Assembly (NCBI GenBank): GCA_010909165.1
Contig: MU008186.1
Location: 1-64,000, forward strand
DNA: 64,000 nt
Direction of reading: 5' to 3'
From: Anthoceros angustus
Lineage: Eukaryota; Plantae; Anthocerotophyta
Position numbers and translations under genes: made by a program. Positions 62,759 through 64,000 of this stretch are shown here, one piece after another (position 1 is the first letter of the stretch; each line of letters starts with the position of its first letter). The notes beneath the pieces are model-generated. The model searched no databases. It was not told where the DNA came from and saw nothing but the letters and a program-made list of their open reading frames with translations.

Positions 62759-64000
62759 TCCCAGGTGCAGGAGCAGGGACGGACAGAGCCAGTACCGGGG
62801 CCACGCGGGTTCCGTCCTCCGCTCCCGTTGCGCGAGGCTATGGCGGGTACAGTGGGGCCGGGTTCTGTGGCAGGAGTCGACTTTCGTGAGCGAGAACAGA
62901 GGGGGCCATGGGTATTACCACTATGAACGCATGTACCTTGAAAGGATCACAGCTGCCAGGCATTGGTTTCTCACATCTCAAGGCAGCAAAGGCCTGGCTG
63001 GTGCCAGTCGAGGGCGAGTGTGCACCTGCACCTCCTGGTGCGGAGATGATGAGGTGAGCTCATCGAGTCTCGGGTGTGAGATCATCATGCCAGGGTGTTG
63101 CGTTAGGTCAGACAAGTTGCGGGACCGGCCCGGGTCTTCTTGTCAGCGTCCTCATTCCTGCACACAAGGAAAATGCTTTGTATATGTCTGTGTTTGCAAG
63201 GTTTCGGATCAGACCTGCAATGGAAGCGTACAGTACACATCTATCAACGTGGACTTGCAGGCAGACATAGTCTACACAGCCAGGCCCAGGCCAGAATGTG
63301 TGCTCCACGCAATCATGGATCCAAAAACAGGCGGTATCGTGCTGAGCGCGGGGTCTGGCACCGGCCACCTTGGGGACTGGATCCTGCACGCATTTCCATG
63401 CACCCAATCTGTAGGGTAACAAGGTTGATGAGGCAGCAGCTCCGGTTGATTCATGAAACCAGTGCTGACATGACTGCATGTTCCAGGTGAGTTGAGGTGG
63501 TATTGTTTGTTGGGAATTCAGGGGCATATGCTGTCTGTCTGCCCGCTCCATGTTCCCTGTGCACCCCATTTCTTGTCAGCTTGCTAGGTGACTCATTTAC
63601 CTGTTGTGTTCAGAAGCTTGTCATCTTACTTGAGATGGCAGAGACTTGATCACATCCGGGAAGAATCGGGAAACTGTTCACGCCTCTCCTTCACGTGGCC
63701 GCTGCCTCCAATTTGCATTTGAATCTGTGCACGGATGCGGCCATTCCGAGAGCGGCAGCACCAGAGCGTGGCACGTTAAGCTTGTGCGTACAGTTCTGTA
63801 CAGTTCCCTGATTGCAAGATCACCACCGAGTTAGCACAAGATCCTCAGCTGAACCGACCTTAGGCTGCTTATTCAGACACAGAGAAAACTACAGCATTTG
63901 CTGCTTGGTCCAGAACTTGGTCCACAACTGCAAGTGTGTTATCATCCTGAAGAGAAAACGGGAAACTTGTGACTCACCGCAACCATCCAGAATTCTCGGG

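Overview
Eukaryotic plant genomic DNA with short GT-AG introns. Flagellar radial-spoke genes next to an auxin-pathway TAA1/TAR gene and an algal-type SLT transporter point to a land plant with flagellated sperm and a compact genome, most like Selaginella (inference). The left ~24 kb is a transposon nest. It holds a full-length but frameshifted Ty1/copia element (261-6818, minus) and two head-to-head copies of a Ty3/gypsy-like LTR element (about 6819-14530 minus and 16830-23725 plus). The polyprotein of the gypsy-like element reads Gag(CCHC), aspartic protease, a DNMT3-like C5-cytosine methyltransferase domain, then the start of the pre-RT linker. Three methyltransferase copies are visible and RT/RNaseH/integrase are absent from the window. 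A Mutator-like 2 kb insertion splits the protease of the minus copy. The right ~37 kb is gene-dense: a repeat-built orphan ORF, TAA1/TAR, COG4, an intronless VOC/glyoxalase, an intronless atypical group-D-like MAPK (RNY instead of TDY), RSPH14, an RLE-type non-LTR fragment, an SLT-like Na+/sulfate transporter, RSP3, two F-box genes and two unknown ORFs. The top candidate system is the methyltransferase-carrying LTR retrotransposon. All calls come from reading motifs by eye, with no database searches.
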